From IMG/VR virus record IMGVR_UViG_3300005077_000035, positions 1 through 43,887 of that record: a stretch of DNA of 43,887 bases; one strand, 5' to 3'. Source of the DNA: a virus. Taxonomy: Duplodnaviria > Caudoviricetes. Positions 1-10,165 of the stretch are shown here, in pieces. Position 1 is the stretch's first letter, and each line of letters begins with the position of its first letter. The position numbers and the translations under genes were made by a program. The notes below the pieces were generated by a model. That model saw only the letters and a program-made list of their open reading frames with translations. It ran no database searches and was not told where the DNA came from.

Positions 1-1
1 G

Positions 2-829
2 CCTTTCAGGGGGAAAGTCCTTTCTCTAAAACCTCTCGGTGATTACATCATTGTTTATTCGGAAGGTGGAGTTGCAGCTTTAAAACCCCTTGTTACTCCT
101 GCACCTTCCATGTCAGTCATTCCCCTTGATCTTGGTGGGCTTGCTTCAAGGGGAGCAGTGGCTGGCGATTTGAAAGCTCATTGCATGATCGATGCAAGTG
201 GTTTCATGTCGTTGATTACCTCAACATTGGAAATAGTTCCTCTCGGTTATAGAGAGTTTTTCTTTCCAATGCTGGGTCGTGACATATTGATCAATCACAG
301 TGCAAACCCTTCTGATTTGGGTAAACTTGGAGAGTTCTTTATTTCTGACGGCACTAACAGCTTTAGGCTATCACAAGATGGGCTCTCTAAAATAGGTCAA
401 GTTGTAACATCAGCCTGTTACTATAACGGAGCTTCTGTTGGCTTCTGCTCTTCTATGGTTGTAGAGGAAAAGAGGGAAGCGAGGATAGGTTTTGATACCT
501 TTGACTTTGACCTTTCTGGTTTGAAAACAATAGAGTCTATAAGGATAATAGCAAATGAATTGTCTTGGTCTGAAACACCAATACCAGACATGGAAGTTGC
601 TATTGACTACAGATACAATAAGACAAATGACCAATCATGGCAGACATCGGAGTATAAAAAACTAAATAAGGAAGGTGTGGTCTTTTTTCCAATAACAGCT
701 TTGGAATTTAGACTCAGGGTAAGGATAAATGACTATGAATACATCGACTTTTCAGGATTCGAGATCAACTTCAAGCATGGAGACAAGAGATATAAAAGAT
801 CAATTTCATTTGATGAGGTTGTCTCCTGA
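2..829 (+). CDS. C-terminal part (5'-truncated) of putative tail nozzle / head-stabilisation protein (P22 gp10 / tail tubular B-like)
   Basis: The frame of the 110..829 ORF is open from position 2 (PFRGKVLSLKPLGDYIIVYS...). It is beta-rich and sits just before the GNAT-like and ejection genes, as in podoviruses. Probably the same gene as 43140..43887. Confidence 0.55.
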   Translation, partial: PFRGKVLSLKPLGDYIIVYSEGGVAALKPLVTPAPSMSVIPLDLGGLASRGAVAGDLKAHCMIDASGFMSLITSTLEIVPLGYREFFFPMLGRDILINHSANPSDLGKLGEFFISDGTNSFRLSQDGLSKIGQVVTSACYYNGASVGFCSSMVVEEKREARIGFDTFDFDLSGLKTIESIRIIANELSWSETPIPDMEVAIDYRYNKTNDQSWQTSEYKKLNKEGVVFFPITALEFRLRVRINDYEYIDFSGFEINFKHGDKRYKRSISFDEVVS

Positions 830-1238
830 GGCTGTGCAAGAGGAATGGGAAGCAATCTGGCAGGCTATAGAAGAAGCACTGCCTCCTATTGCTGGTAATG
901 GAGTAGAGGAGAGGAAGGCAATAATTCTTCAAAATCTCCTCAGTGGTTTACTTGAATGCCTTGTTCTTTATGTGGAAGATAAACCAGTATTGGTTTTAAC
1001 TATCGCTGTGACTACTGAGTTATTCAGTGGGACAAAGGACTTATTACTTTATTCCCTCTTTGGCTATGAGCCACTTGTTCAAAGTGGGTGGTTCTTACTT
1101 TATCGTGAACTTATTGGTTATGCTAAAGTTAAAGGTTGTAGCAGGGTTATTGCTTATAGTAATAGGGATAATGTGATACAGCTTGCTAAATTTTTAGGTG
1201 GTGATATTTCAAACCACTTTATTATTTTTAACTTGTAG
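813..1238 (+). CDS. GNAT-fold-like virion-associated protein (T7 gp13-like position)
   Basis: Likely start is ATG 813 (MRLSPEAVQEEW), overlapping the previous gene's end. Motif YAKVKGCSRVIAYS; located between the nozzle and ejection genes. Confidence 0.45.
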   Translation: MRLSPEAVQEEWEAIWQAIEEALPPIAGNGVEERKAIILQNLLSGLLECLVLYVEDKPVLVLTIAVTTELFSGTKDLLLYSLFGYEPLVQSGWFLLYRELIGYAKVKGCSRVIAYSNRDNVIQLAKFLGGDISNHFIIFNL

Positions 1239-1246
1239 GAGGTTTT

Positions 1247-2269
1247 ATGGGTGGCGGAGCTTCAGGTAAAATTGAATATGGTCAGCCAATGCAGGATGAG
1301 ATTAAAATGTTCTTTGGCTATGATAGTAGCCATGTGATAAATAATGACATAACTGAATTAATCAACATAGCTCATACTGATGCAGGGAATCCTTATGTTG
1401 GAGTTGAAACCTATGACCCTTCTGACAACTTAACAGAACTTGGTTCTCAATTTGATGCCTCGAAGGCTATCATTGATGCCCTTGACCCTGATACTATTTA
1501 TGGCACATTTATAGATGCTGCTTATAATAAGTATTCAAAGTTCGATTCTATCACATTTTTAACAGGTTTGAATACCGCCATTACTGGTTTACTCTCAGCT
1601 GTTGAAAGTGCTATGGGTAGCTCTTCGTTGACCAATCTTGTGACAGCTTTTGAGAATAATAAACGGACGCGTTTCCTCCGTGATGTTAGTACCTGGACAG
1701 CTGGAATGGCTGATGTTAATGCAGTGCATACTTCATCATTTGTAATAGGTCTTAGCCTTCTTCAAGATGAGTTTGCTAAAAGTGTTGACGAGTTTGAGAA
1801 GACATTGAAGGCTGACCTTTATGGTAAAATTGTGGTGTCTGGTATTGATTCATATCTCAGAGCCAATGTGTTAAGAGTACAGAATAAGGACGCCTTCTTA
1901 ATTCAAAGTACTGAATTTATGACTCGTCTTGAACAACTTAGGCAGGATTTACAAATTAGGCTGACTCAAGTTAAAGCAGAAGTTGAACGGCTATCAATAA
2001 TTGCTCAGACTGAAGAAGCTAATAAAAACATAGACATTAGTGCAGAAGAGGCTCTTTGGGACTTTGAAGTTTTCATGTATGCAGGGAATTTATTAAGTTC
2101 TGGTACTGGAAGCACTGCAGGAAGGAAATCACCCAAAATATCAGACGGTCAATCTGCACTTGGTGGTGCTGCTTCAGGAGCTGCTATCGGTACGCAGATT
2201 AATGCTGGGTGGGGAACTGCTATTGGAGCAGTTGTTGGAGCTGCTCTTGGCTGGGCACTTAATCAATAA
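1247..2269 (+). CDS. Internal virion / DNA ejection protein
   Basis: Strong SD (AGGAGG), MGGG N-terminus, helical body, and C-terminal glycine zipper (SALGGAASGAAIG...GTAIGAVVGAALG) typical of podovirus ejection proteins. Confidence 0.6.
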   Translation: MGGGASGKIEYGQPMQDEIKMFFGYDSSHVINNDITELINIAHTDAGNPYVGVETYDPSDNLTELGSQFDASKAIIDALDPDTIYGTFIDAAYNKYSKFDSITFLTGLNTAITGLLSAVESAMGSSSLTNLVTAFENNKRTRFLRDVSTWTAGMADVNAVHTSSFVIGLSLLQDEFAKSVDEFEKTLKADLYGKIVVSGIDSYLRANVLRVQNKDAFLIQSTEFMTRLEQLRQDLQIRLTQVKAEVERLSIIAQTEEANKNIDISAEEALWDFEVFMYAGNLLSSGTGSTAGRKSPKISDGQSALGGAASGAAIGTQINAGWGTAIGAVVGAALGWALNQ

Positions 2270-2280
2270 GGAGATTTAAT

Positions 2281-3180
2281 ATGCCTGAACCTAAAGATTC
2301 TTTAGCCTTTGATGCTGATGCGTTAGTCCGTGATTGGCTATACCCTGCAAGTGGGGCTGATACTAATATTAATCAACAACTTCCATCTTGGATGACTACT
2401 CCTCTTGCTCCGGAGCAGCAAGGTGGGTTTAGAAGGTTGTCACAGCCTGAGGCTGAGGTTAAACAACCAGAAGTTCAAGAGACTAAGGAAATTGAACTTA
2501 TACCTGGAGCCTCCATGTTGCAAGCACCGCCAGTTAATAAGATGCAGGTCTTACCACCTACCTCTTCAAAGAAGACTATTATCCCTGAGGATAAGGTGAA
2601 TGAGCTAATAGGTGATGTTAGAAATATCTACTCTGGTATAACAGAATTGACACTCCCAGATGGTATGACCATTAAAGGGGCTGGTATTCAAGACCTTGCT
2701 CCTCTACTGGCAGCAAACCAAAGACAAGCACCTGGTGAACTCAAAACAGCGCCAGTTCCTGAAGTGGGGCAAAGTGGTAACTTCCTTGATAAACTAAAAG
2801 GGTTTGCTTCATCAGAGGCTCTTCCATTTGTTCTTGGGCAGCTTGGATCTGCCCTACTTCCAAACGCCCCTCAGTTTGGTCAGATTGGAAGTCAATTAGC
2901 TTTGAATCGGGCAGCTTCTCAATATTCAGCATTGTTGAGACAGGGCTATACTCCTGAACAGTTGTCAGGTTATTCGTTTGATATCTTGTCACCAGAAATG
3001 AAACAACAGGCGATGTCGTCTATTCTTGAAGAGAGGAGACAGGGTGTTAATGAGGAATATCTCAGAGGCTTGACAGAGCTGGCTTATTCTACTTCTGCTG
3101 AATCTAAAGCGAGAACTGCTGGTGAGTTGACGAGGGAAGATACGATTAAGCAGGCTAATATTGAGAGGCAACGAGATTAA
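2281..3180 (+). CDS. Putative internal virion protein, N-terminal part
   Basis: SD AAGGAG; Q/P/G-rich; lies in the ejection-protein cluster. Probably joined to 3192..3722 by a frameshift. Confidence 0.5.
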   Translation: MPEPKDSLAFDADALVRDWLYPASGADTNINQQLPSWMTTPLAPEQQGGFRRLSQPEAEVKQPEVQETKEIELIPGASMLQAPPVNKMQVLPPTSSKKTIIPEDKVNELIGDVRNIYSGITELTLPDGMTIKGAGIQDLAPLLAANQRQAPGELKTAPVPEVGQSGNFLDKLKGFASSEALPFVLGQLGSALLPNAPQFGQIGSQLALNRAASQYSALLRQGYTPEQLSGYSFDILSPEMKQQAMSSILEERRQGVNEEYLRGLTELAYSTSAESKARTAGELTREDTIKQANIERQRD

Positions 3181-3191
3181 AGCTTGGCGAA

Positions 3192-3722
3192 TTGAATGCT
3201 TCTAATTGGCTTGGACTTGGAAATGGAGCTGCTTTAAACACCAAAACAGGTCAGCTCATTCAAGCATTTGACCCAGTAAATCTTTCAGGTGGTGGAAGTG
3301 GTGGCAACCTTAACAGTGCTGACTATAAAACCTTTATCGACTTTGCCTCTTCAGTATTTCTACCCCTCGCCGAATCAAATAAGCGGGCAGAAGTAGTTAG
3401 AACTCAAGGTGAGGATGTAGCAGCTTTGACTGACTTTACTTCAGCATTTAAGAACGCTGATGGTAGTCTCAACCTTCAAGAGGTTACAAAGAATTTAACT
3501 GAGGGTCAACTTGCAACGTTTGCTGAATATCTAACTGAGTACACTCAGAATTATCAAATAGGTGTTGACCCAACAAAGACCTTTCAAGCTCAAGTGACTA
3601 ACACTGGATTAATGAGAGATCCTAAAACTAAGGAACTTTTCATTTATAAAAGACTTCCAAATGGAAAAGTGGAGATAAAATCAAATGCCGGTAGAAGAGT
3701 CCCTCTCCCCGTTCAAAAGTGA
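3192..3722 (+). CDS. Putative internal virion protein, probable frameshifted C-terminal part of 2281..3180
   Basis: TTG start with no SD; this frame is open back to 3165, overlapping the end of the upstream ORF. Confidence 0.45.
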   Translation: MNASNWLGLGNGAALNTKTGQLIQAFDPVNLSGGGSGGNLNSADYKTFIDFASSVFLPLAESNKRAEVVRTQGEDVAALTDFTSAFKNADGSLNLQEVTKNLTEGQLATFAEYLTEYTQNYQIGVDPTKTFQAQVTNTGLMRDPKTKELFIYKRLPNGKVEIKSNAGRRVPLPVQK

Positions 3723-6700
3723 AATCATCGATTTAGATGAATTTAATAGAAGATTCGGCAACCTTGAAACTTTCAAGCCTCAGGTGCAGGATACGACTAA
3801 ACAGGAAAAGCAGATTGTAAAACCACCTGCCCAACAGACGAGTGAAGTTATCTCAGAAGAAGAGTTCACTAAACGCTTTGGGAGTCCTCAGTTTCCTCTA
3901 AATCCTTCCTTAAATACTCCGGTTGGTTCAACTGAGTCTCCGACTGAGGACTCCTTTTTAGTTGACCTTACTGAAGGTTATGCTAATCTTGTTGGTGGTT
4001 TAAGTGATGCTCTCAACCTCTTTGTCGCTTATGGAGAAGAGGTGGGTAAAGCTACTGGTTTACCTAAAGGGGAGTTGGTTGAAGGTATAGCTAATTGGCT
4101 TCATGGGAAGGCTGAAAAAGCTCATGCTGAGACAGCTCCAATTTTACAAGCTCGTCCTGCACCTGATAGCTTCTTCGATTATATATACCCTAAAATCCCA
4201 CAGACAGTCTTACAGCAAGGTCCACTTATGGCAGCTTTCTTAGGGACAACCTTAGCCAATCCTACAGCTGGTACTGCTCTCATGTTCGGTGTTGAAGGTG
4301 GAAGCACCATGAGAACTATTCAAGAGTATGAGGAGGGGACAGGTAAACCTGTTGACCCCTATACGAAGATGTTTGCCCCTTTAGTTGTTGGGAGCTTTAA
4401 CGCTGCTCTTGAGAAAACAGGTGTTGATATAATACTTGGTAAGTTGAAAGTACCAGGTGTTAATTCCAAATTGCTTCAAGTCCTTATGGGAGCTCTTGGT
4501 GAAGGTGGAACTGAGACGCTTCAAGAAGTCAATCAAATAATAGCAGAAGCGGGTTATCAGGAAGAGGTGCCAAAAGATATAGGTAACAGGCTATTTGAAA
4601 TCTTCTATGGTGGTCTTGTTCTTGGTACTCTTGGCACTGCTGGACGTGTCTATGTTGATGGGAAGATAGATGCGTTTAAAAAGAAGGCAGTTGCTGCAGA
4701 ACCGGAGGCAACTGAAAAGCCTGAGGTTAAGCAGCCTGTTGAAGCCCCACCTCCACAGCCAAGACAGCCTCTTGTAATTCCTGAACTTGGTAGTGCAGAA
4801 GAAGCGGCTAAGTTTGGCGTCTCTGTAAATGACTTCGATGTGCCAAGTTTAAAAAGTCAAATTGAGGATTTAGCTAATCATATTGCAAAGACTAAAGCTA
4901 CGTTTACTCAGTTACAAGAAGAAGGTATTGAGCTTTGGCATGGTGCAGGTGAAGAATTTGAAGCCTTTGATCCTGCCTTTTTATATTCTGGTCAAGGTGC
5001 TAATACCTTTGGTGAAGGCTTTTATTTAGCAGATCTTAAAACTATTGGAACTGGTTATGCCGAAGCTGAGGGAGCTAAAAGGGCAAAGCTTACTTATGGT
5101 TTGCAAGATAATGTTGACAATATAGGTAAGTTATCAGAACTATTAAAGAGTAAAGGATTAGTTTCTGGTTTTTCATCTCAAGATGAGAGTGGCGCTCCTC
5201 ATATGCTTGATTTAATGTCGGAAGAAGGACTTTCAAAACTTGTAGATTGGTTAGGTTCTTCAGATGATAAAATAGTTGAAAGGGGCGTTTCTGAATTAGC
5301 TTACAATATTATTTATACAGTAAAAACAGGCGTTGATATTGATATAAAGAAAGCAACTGCTCTTCCTAATCCAGCAGATCCAGAATACATAGCTCTTTTA
5401 GAGAGGCAGAATGTTTTACTTACTGATCCTGTTAATTTGGCTAATCTGCATACTGAACTTAAGAATTTTATTAAAAGCGAAGTTTTGCCAAAAATAGAGA
5501 TGTCTCCTCCTACTCCTGTCCTTTACACTGTTAAGGTTAAACCGAAAAAGGGTAAGTTTGATTGGCTACTTTGGCACTCTAAGTATTCTCCTGAGGAAGC
5601 TGAAAAGGTAATCTCTCGAGTAGAAGAAGAGTTTTCAAAGTATGAGAAGATGTTATCAGTTAAACAGGCAGTTGATGAAGCTAAGTTATTTAATGAAGTG
5701 TTAGAGCCTCTTGGAATTCCTCCTGGTATTGTGGATGCTGTTTTCTTATCAGGTACTTCTTTTAGTACTAAGAATGAAGTTGATATAGTTAATGCCATAC
5801 AAAAGTATATTTTTGATTCACTGGTTCAATTAGCTTCTGAATCTGGTAATCGGGCTGAAGAGCTGTATGAAGTGGTTCAAAACAAAACCTTATCTAAAGA
5901 ACCTGGACTTCGTGAGGTATATGAAGAATACCAAAAAATTCGTTTTGAATATCATAAGTTAGAGAAACTCCTTCGTTCCTTTGACATTAATTGGGAAGGT
6001 AGAGTTCCTGCTGAAGGCAAAGCACAATTAAAAACTTCAAGGCTCAGGTTAGCTATTAGAAATATTGTTGCTGGTAGTTTGGCTGAAAAACTAGCTAATA
6101 ATAAACCAATTGAAAAGTCGCCTAAACTTGAAAGCCTTAGATCAGAACTTGCCCTCTCTAAAAACTCTGGCGAGCAAATAACAGGTGGAAAATTACATCA
6201 TTTATTGAGGACAAACTTATTTAATGGCTCTAAGTCTTTAACGTCAAAAGTCCTTTTAGACGCCGGATTTGATGGAGTTAAATATGAATCTGGCACACTA
6301 CAACATAAAGACGAAGGTGGATATAACTATGTTATATTTGACCCAACTCAAATGGAAATCACCTCTAAGGGTGCTCCAACTGAACAGGAAACAAAGGAGA
6401 TAATAACCTCTGAAGAATTGCTTAATCGACTGGTTAAACAAGGTGTTAAGAAACAACTCATGTTAGAAGCATTGTCAGCAAAGCTGAAGAAGCATATGAC
6501 TTACTCGCCAGAAGAGGGCTTTGTTGAACATGATCAGACAGCATTCGATCAGGAAATGGTCTTCAAAGCTGTTTATGGTATGAGACTTGAGGACGCCCTT
6601 GCATGGGCTAAAACTCAAATTGATGAGTCGGAATGGATTAACTACTTCATGGGTAAAGGTGAAGCTCCTATGAACTTTGAAGATGGAGCTGTGACTGAGG

Positions 6701-9351
6701 TTCAACAAGCAGCTGAAGAGGTGTTGAGTGAAAGAGTTCCGGAGAATACTAAATCGGATGATGTTGAGATTGAATATAAAAAGACTGCCTCAATATTAGC
6801 GTTTACCAAAAAGTTCCTCTTCCCTGAATTCCTGTTGAGGAATATGCGATTGCCCCTTTCCATTTCCTCGAAGTTAATCAATGCACAGTTGCAGCTCAAC
6901 AAGACCATGCGTGACTATGAAATGTGGTATAAGAAGTTATCCGAAAAGCTGTCGAAGGAAGATAGGAAACTTGTCAGACCCCTTATTGAATTGGCGTATA
7001 AGCTCAAAGACCCGAATACAAGGGTGTATCAGTATCAAGGGATCAGGGATCAAATGGATGCTATCATTGCTAAACAGCCTCGATTAATTCGTGTTCTTGA
7101 CGGCATTGATAAAAGGGGTGGGTTGATCGAAATCTTCGAACATATAAAGTATAAGTACAAAAACTATTTGAAAGCTGAACTGCTAACTCCACTCTCTCCC
7201 AATGAACAATCTATTATCACTTCCTATCTTGAGGCTTATGAGACTACTAAAGCCGAAGGGAAACTCATTGACCTCATTGAGAAGGCACAAGGTCTTATTG
7301 CTCAAAAGCTCCCGATTGAGCAGATGGTGAAGGAGGAGCTTGATAGGAAATATGGTGCTGGTACATACGACACCCTCGCCGAGAAAAAGATAAGGAAGAA
7401 ACGTGTCAGTGTTATAGCCAGAGAAACTCGACGCCTCTTACTGAACAAGGACAGCGTTGGTGCTAAAATTATTGCGGTAGATAAATGGGGACTTAGGGAC
7501 TACATGACGAATATAGAACTTGGTTCCTATCGTATTCTCGACGGTAATGGGAAAATAGTTGGCTTCGCTGAAACCCTTAAGGACGCCAAGAGGAAGGCAT
7601 ATGAGATAAGGAAAGAGGCGGCAGAGGAAGGCTTGCCTCTTGAAAAGTTTACCATCGAAGCTTCTGTCAGCCATATAAAACCTACTGCTAAAAGGAAGGG
7701 TGCTCTGCATGGTGAAGAGGATATATTTGACGCCTTGCCAAAATACATCTATTCTATGGAGAAGAGGATTCTTATCCAACCTGTCATTGATGAGTATAAG
7801 CAGTTGAAAAAGGATAATCCTAAAGAGTTTACAGCTGATGTTAAAAGCATAATCCAAGCTCAAATAAACGCTATTGTTGGTGCTAACTACTCTCTTGGTG
7901 ATAAGTTGTTTGACAATATAGCTACCACGTTTGGTTGGAGGACTGGACTTTATTCAAAAGGGCTTGGTAAAGCGAGAGCGACTTGGGCTAAATTGAAGCT
8001 CGGTTATAGACCAACAGCAGCCCTATTCAACTTTGCTGGCGGCTTTGGTAATACCCTTGCCTATACGGGGAATAGGATTTTTGCTAAAGCCTTTGCTGTG
8101 AATAAAGCAGGTGTCTACAAAAACCCTGATGGGCAAATGATAGATATGAAAAAGAAGTTGCAGGAGATTGAGGAGAAGGGATTACTCGCTATAGACCTGG
8201 CTGTTAATGAAGCTGGAGAATTGGATACGAGGGTTAAATGGTATAAGCCACTTGGCTTATTTCAACTACCTGAAAAGTTCATCAGACCTCACTCCTTCAC
8301 TGCTAATTATATATACCAAGTTGAAGAGCTCGGACTGAATGACCAACAAGCGACAGAGGCTGCTATCCTCAATCTGAGGTTTCAGCAGACTGCTTATAAC
8401 ATGGCGGCTATCCCTGAAATATTCAGGAGTCCTGGTGGTCGACTGATTGGACAGTTTAAATCCTACTTTATTAATCAGATGCAATTCCTCTCGACACTTA
8501 ACAGGAAGCAAATGATGAGGATGGTTGGGATACAACTCATGATGGCAGGACCAAGAGGATTTATTTACATGCTGAAAACTATTCCAATTCTTGGTGCGGC
8601 AGGTTTGCTCGACGATGCTGAGGAGTGGCTTGTTAAAAAGCATGGAACTATGGCTGACTTCTTCACTCGTGGTATTGGTGGGCTGATTGGTGCGGATGTA
8701 TCAGCTCCTGCTTCTCTTCAGTTTCCATCAAAGCCGGAAGATTGGGCGGGCCCATTTCTTGGTGATGTGTATAGGCTGACTAAGGATGTTATCTTACCAG
8801 GACTTCAAACAGTTGATTCGGCAATCTCCGGTGCACCTACTCCAGCCTATGTAACAGATCAAGGGATTGATTGGATGACTTCTCTATCACCTTTGATGTA
8901 CTATTGGAAAGACCTCTATAGTTCAACGTTGAGTTGGGAACAAAATGACATGCTGACTAAGTTGCAAAAGCCTGATGTTTGGGTGAGGGATTCTAATGGG
9001 AATAAGGCGTATAAGATTGGAGGTATTCAGGATAGAATACTCTTGACGCTTGGAATAGCTCCTGTTGAGAAAACTCAATATCAAGTGTTGAAGCGGGGTT
9101 GGATTGAAGATGCTAAAATCATGCAGGAAAATAGACAGAAGTGGTTTAATAAAATGTCTAAAAGGTTGATAGAGGGGAAAGAGTTAGACCCTGATTTAAT
9201 TCAAGATGCTTTTCTATATAGGATAGATCCATCACAACTTCCAAAGTCTATCATCTATAAACAGATGTCACCTCAACAGAGAGAGACTTTGAGAGCGAGG
9301 CTGTTTGATCGGGCTGAAGCTTTTGATCGTTTTATGCTGGAAACTAAATAG
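3685..9351 (+). CDS. Large internal virion (ejection) polyvalent protein with ADP-ribosyltransferase-like (ART-PolyVal) domain
   Basis: 1888 aa; last gene of the ejection cluster. Motifs WHGAGEEFEAFD...GQGANTFGEGFYLA (aa ~418-450), LYTVKV and GFDGVKY...YNYVIFDP (aa ~861-887). The C-terminal region resembles large polyvalent protein tails (RSPGGRLIGQFKSY). Confidence 0.7.
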   Translation: MPVEESLSPFKSEIIDLDEFNRRFGNLETFKPQVQDTTKQEKQIVKPPAQQTSEVISEEEFTKRFGSPQFPLNPSLNTPVGSTESPTEDSFLVDLTEGYANLVGGLSDALNLFVAYGEEVGKATGLPKGELVEGIANWLHGKAEKAHAETAPILQARPAPDSFFDYIYPKIPQTVLQQGPLMAAFLGTTLANPTAGTALMFGVEGGSTMRTIQEYEEGTGKPVDPYTKMFAPLVVGSFNAALEKTGVDIILGKLKVPGVNSKLLQVLMGALGEGGTETLQEVNQIIAEAGYQEEVPKDIGNRLFEIFYGGLVLGTLGTAGRVYVDGKIDAFKKKAVAAEPEATEKPEVKQPVEAPPPQPRQPLVIPELGSAEEAAKFGVSVNDFDVPSLKSQIEDLANHIAKTKATFTQLQEEGIELWHGAGEEFEAFDPAFLYSGQGANTFGEGFYLADLKTIGTGYAEAEGAKRAKLTYGLQDNVDNIGKLSELLKSKGLVSGFSSQDESGAPHMLDLMSEEGLSKLVDWLGSSDDKIVERGVSELAYNIIYTVKTGVDIDIKKATALPNPADPEYIALLERQNVLLTDPVNLANLHTELKNFIKSEVLPKIEMSPPTPVLYTVKVKPKKGKFDWLLWHSKYSPEEAEKVISRVEEEFSKYEKMLSVKQAVDEAKLFNEVLEPLGIPPGIVDAVFLSGTSFSTKNEVDIVNAIQKYIFDSLVQLASESGNRAEELYEVVQNKTLSKEPGLREVYEEYQKIRFEYHKLEKLLRSFDINWEGRVPAEGKAQLKTSRLRLAIRNIVAGSLAEKLANNKPIEKSPKLESLRSELALSKNSGEQITGGKLHHLLRTNLFNGSKSLTSKVLLDAGFDGVKYESGTLQHKDEGGYNYVIFDPTQMEITSKGAPTEQETKEIITSEELLNRLVKQGVKKQLMLEALSAKLKKHMTYSPEEGFVEHDQTAFDQEMVFKAVYGMRLEDALAWAKTQIDESEWINYFMGKGEAPMNFEDGAVTEVQQAAEEVLSERVPENTKSDDVEIEYKKTASILAFTKKFLFPEFLLRNMRLPLSISSKLINAQLQLNKTMRDYEMWYKKLSEKLSKEDRKLVRPLIELAYKLKDPNTRVYQYQGIRDQMDAIIAKQPRLIRVLDGIDKRGGLIEIFEHIKYKYKNYLKAELLTPLSPNEQSIITSYLEAYETTKAEGKLIDLIEKAQGLIAQKLPIEQMVKEELDRKYGAGTYDTLAEKKIRKKRVSVIARETRRLLLNKDSVGAKIIAVDKWGLRDYMTNIELGSYRILDGNGKIVGFAETLKDAKRKAYEIRKEAAEEGLPLEKFTIEASVSHIKPTAKRKGALHGEEDIFDALPKYIYSMEKRILIQPVIDEYKQLKKDNPKEFTADVKSIIQAQINAIVGANYSLGDKLFDNIATTFGWRTGLYSKGLGKARATWAKLKLGYRPTAALFNFAGGFGNTLAYTGNRIFAKAFAVNKAGVYKNPDGQMIDMKKKLQEIEEKGLLAIDLAVNEAGELDTRVKWYKPLGLFQLPEKFIRPHSFTANYIYQVEELGLNDQQATEAAILNLRFQQTAYNMAAIPEIFRSPGGRLIGQFKSYFINQMQFLSTLNRKQMMRMVGIQLMMAGPRGFIYMLKTIPILGAAGLLDDAEEWLVKKHGTMADFFTRGIGGLIGADVSAPASLQFPSKPEDWAGPFLGDVYRLTKDVILPGLQTVDSAISGAPTPAYVTDQGIDWMTSLSPLMYYWKDLYSSTLSWEQNDMLTKLQKPDVWVRDSNGNKAYKIGGIQDRILLTLGIAPVEKTQYQVLKRGWIEDAKIMQENRQKWFNKMSKRLIEGKELDPDLIQDAFLYRIDPSQLPKSIIYKQMSPQQRETLRARLFDRAEAFDRFMLETK

Positions 9352-9354
9352 GTT

Positions 9355-9379
9355 AGATTGTTCATAATGTGAACGAACT
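9355..9379. repeat. Dispersed 25-bp palindrome, copy 1 (AGATTGTTCATAATGTGAACGAACT)
   Basis: Matches AGWTYGTTCAT-N3-RTGAACRAWCT, seen 8 times in the window; intergenic, directly before GGAGG. Confidence 0.85.
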
Positions 9380-9388
9380 GGAGGTTTT

Positions 9389-9439
9389 ATGAGTACTCAA
9401 ATAATTCATAAAAGGTCTGAATGGTTCAGACTTGTTTAA
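9389..9439 (+). CDS. Possible 16-aa peptide MSTQIIHKRSEWFRLV
   Basis: GGAGG SD 4 nt before ATG; very short, so coding status is uncertain. Confidence 0.3.
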   Translation: MSTQIIHKRSEWFRLV

Positions 9440-9457
9440 CAAAAAAGGGAGGTCTAT

Positions 9458-9796
9458 ATGACTCTGTTTGATCTTTTTAAAAGTAAGTGGACTACCTACT
9501 TTGGTATGGTGGTCGCTTTATTGGCAATCATTGCAGGGACGTTTGGGTGGTTTGATCCCAATATTGCCTGGTCTGTTGCTTCACTTTTCGGCTTCGGGTC
9601 GATAGCAAGTTTGGCGGCATACATCTCTGATAAGGGATGGAAGACTTATGTCTTGGCAGTTTTCTCTGTTATCCCTGCTATTCTCCTTGTTCTTAAGGTA
9701 ATAACGCCGGAGATATTCGCTACACTGATTGGTATTGGCTGTACACTTGCCGGTGTTACTCTGCAAATGCGGGCTGTCAAGGTGAACGGGAAGTAA
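9458..9796 (+). CDS. Holin-like membrane protein
   Basis: 112 aa, about four hydrophobic segments, internal duplication (KWTTYFG / GWKTYVL), SD GGGAGG. Confidence 0.6.
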   Translation: MTLFDLFKSKWTTYFGMVVALLAIIAGTFGWFDPNIAWSVASLFGFGSIASLAAYISDKGWKTYVLAVFSVIPAILLVLKVITPEIFATLIGIGCTLAGVTLQMRAVKVNGK

Positions 9797-9799
9797 CCT

Positions 9800-10165
9800 A
9801 TGGGTACAGGAACTTCTGAGTCAATGACTCTGGAACAAACCAAAGCCGCTTGCCCATTTGCACCTCAGCTAATTGACATGACTATTGGTATGGGGGAGCT
9901 TAAAGCTTCCATCACTGCTTTAACTGAGCAGCATGAATCATTAGCGAAGAATGTACATGGAATAAGTGAAGTTATGGGGAGGGTTGATGATCTATTGTTT
10001 AGGAAGAATGGAGGGAGGAAGTCACTCGCAGTTCGATTTGTGCTGTATGAGATGTATCAAAAGTGGATTATTTACGCTCTCAAGGCGGCAGGCATTGTTA
10101 TTCTGACGTTGTTGACTTATAAGTTCGCGCCAGAGCTTTGGGAGGTGTTAAAGAAGTTAATGTAA
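9800..10165 (+). CDS. Coiled-coil protein with C-terminal TM segment (holin/lysis-associated candidate)
   Basis: Heptad-like middle region and hydrophobic C-terminus; last gene of the late arm. Confidence 0.45.
   Translation: MGTGTSESMTLEQTKAACPFAPQLIDMTIGMGELKASITALTEQHESLAKNVHGISEVMGRVDDLLFRKNGGRKSLAVRFVLYEMYQKWIIYALKAAGIVILTLLTYKFAPELWEVLKKLM

Noticed and set aside
3178-3192. Stop-codon readthrough or alternative genetic code
   Set aside because: The downstream ORF is in a different frame, and TAA, TAG and TGA all end well-supported genes elsewhere.
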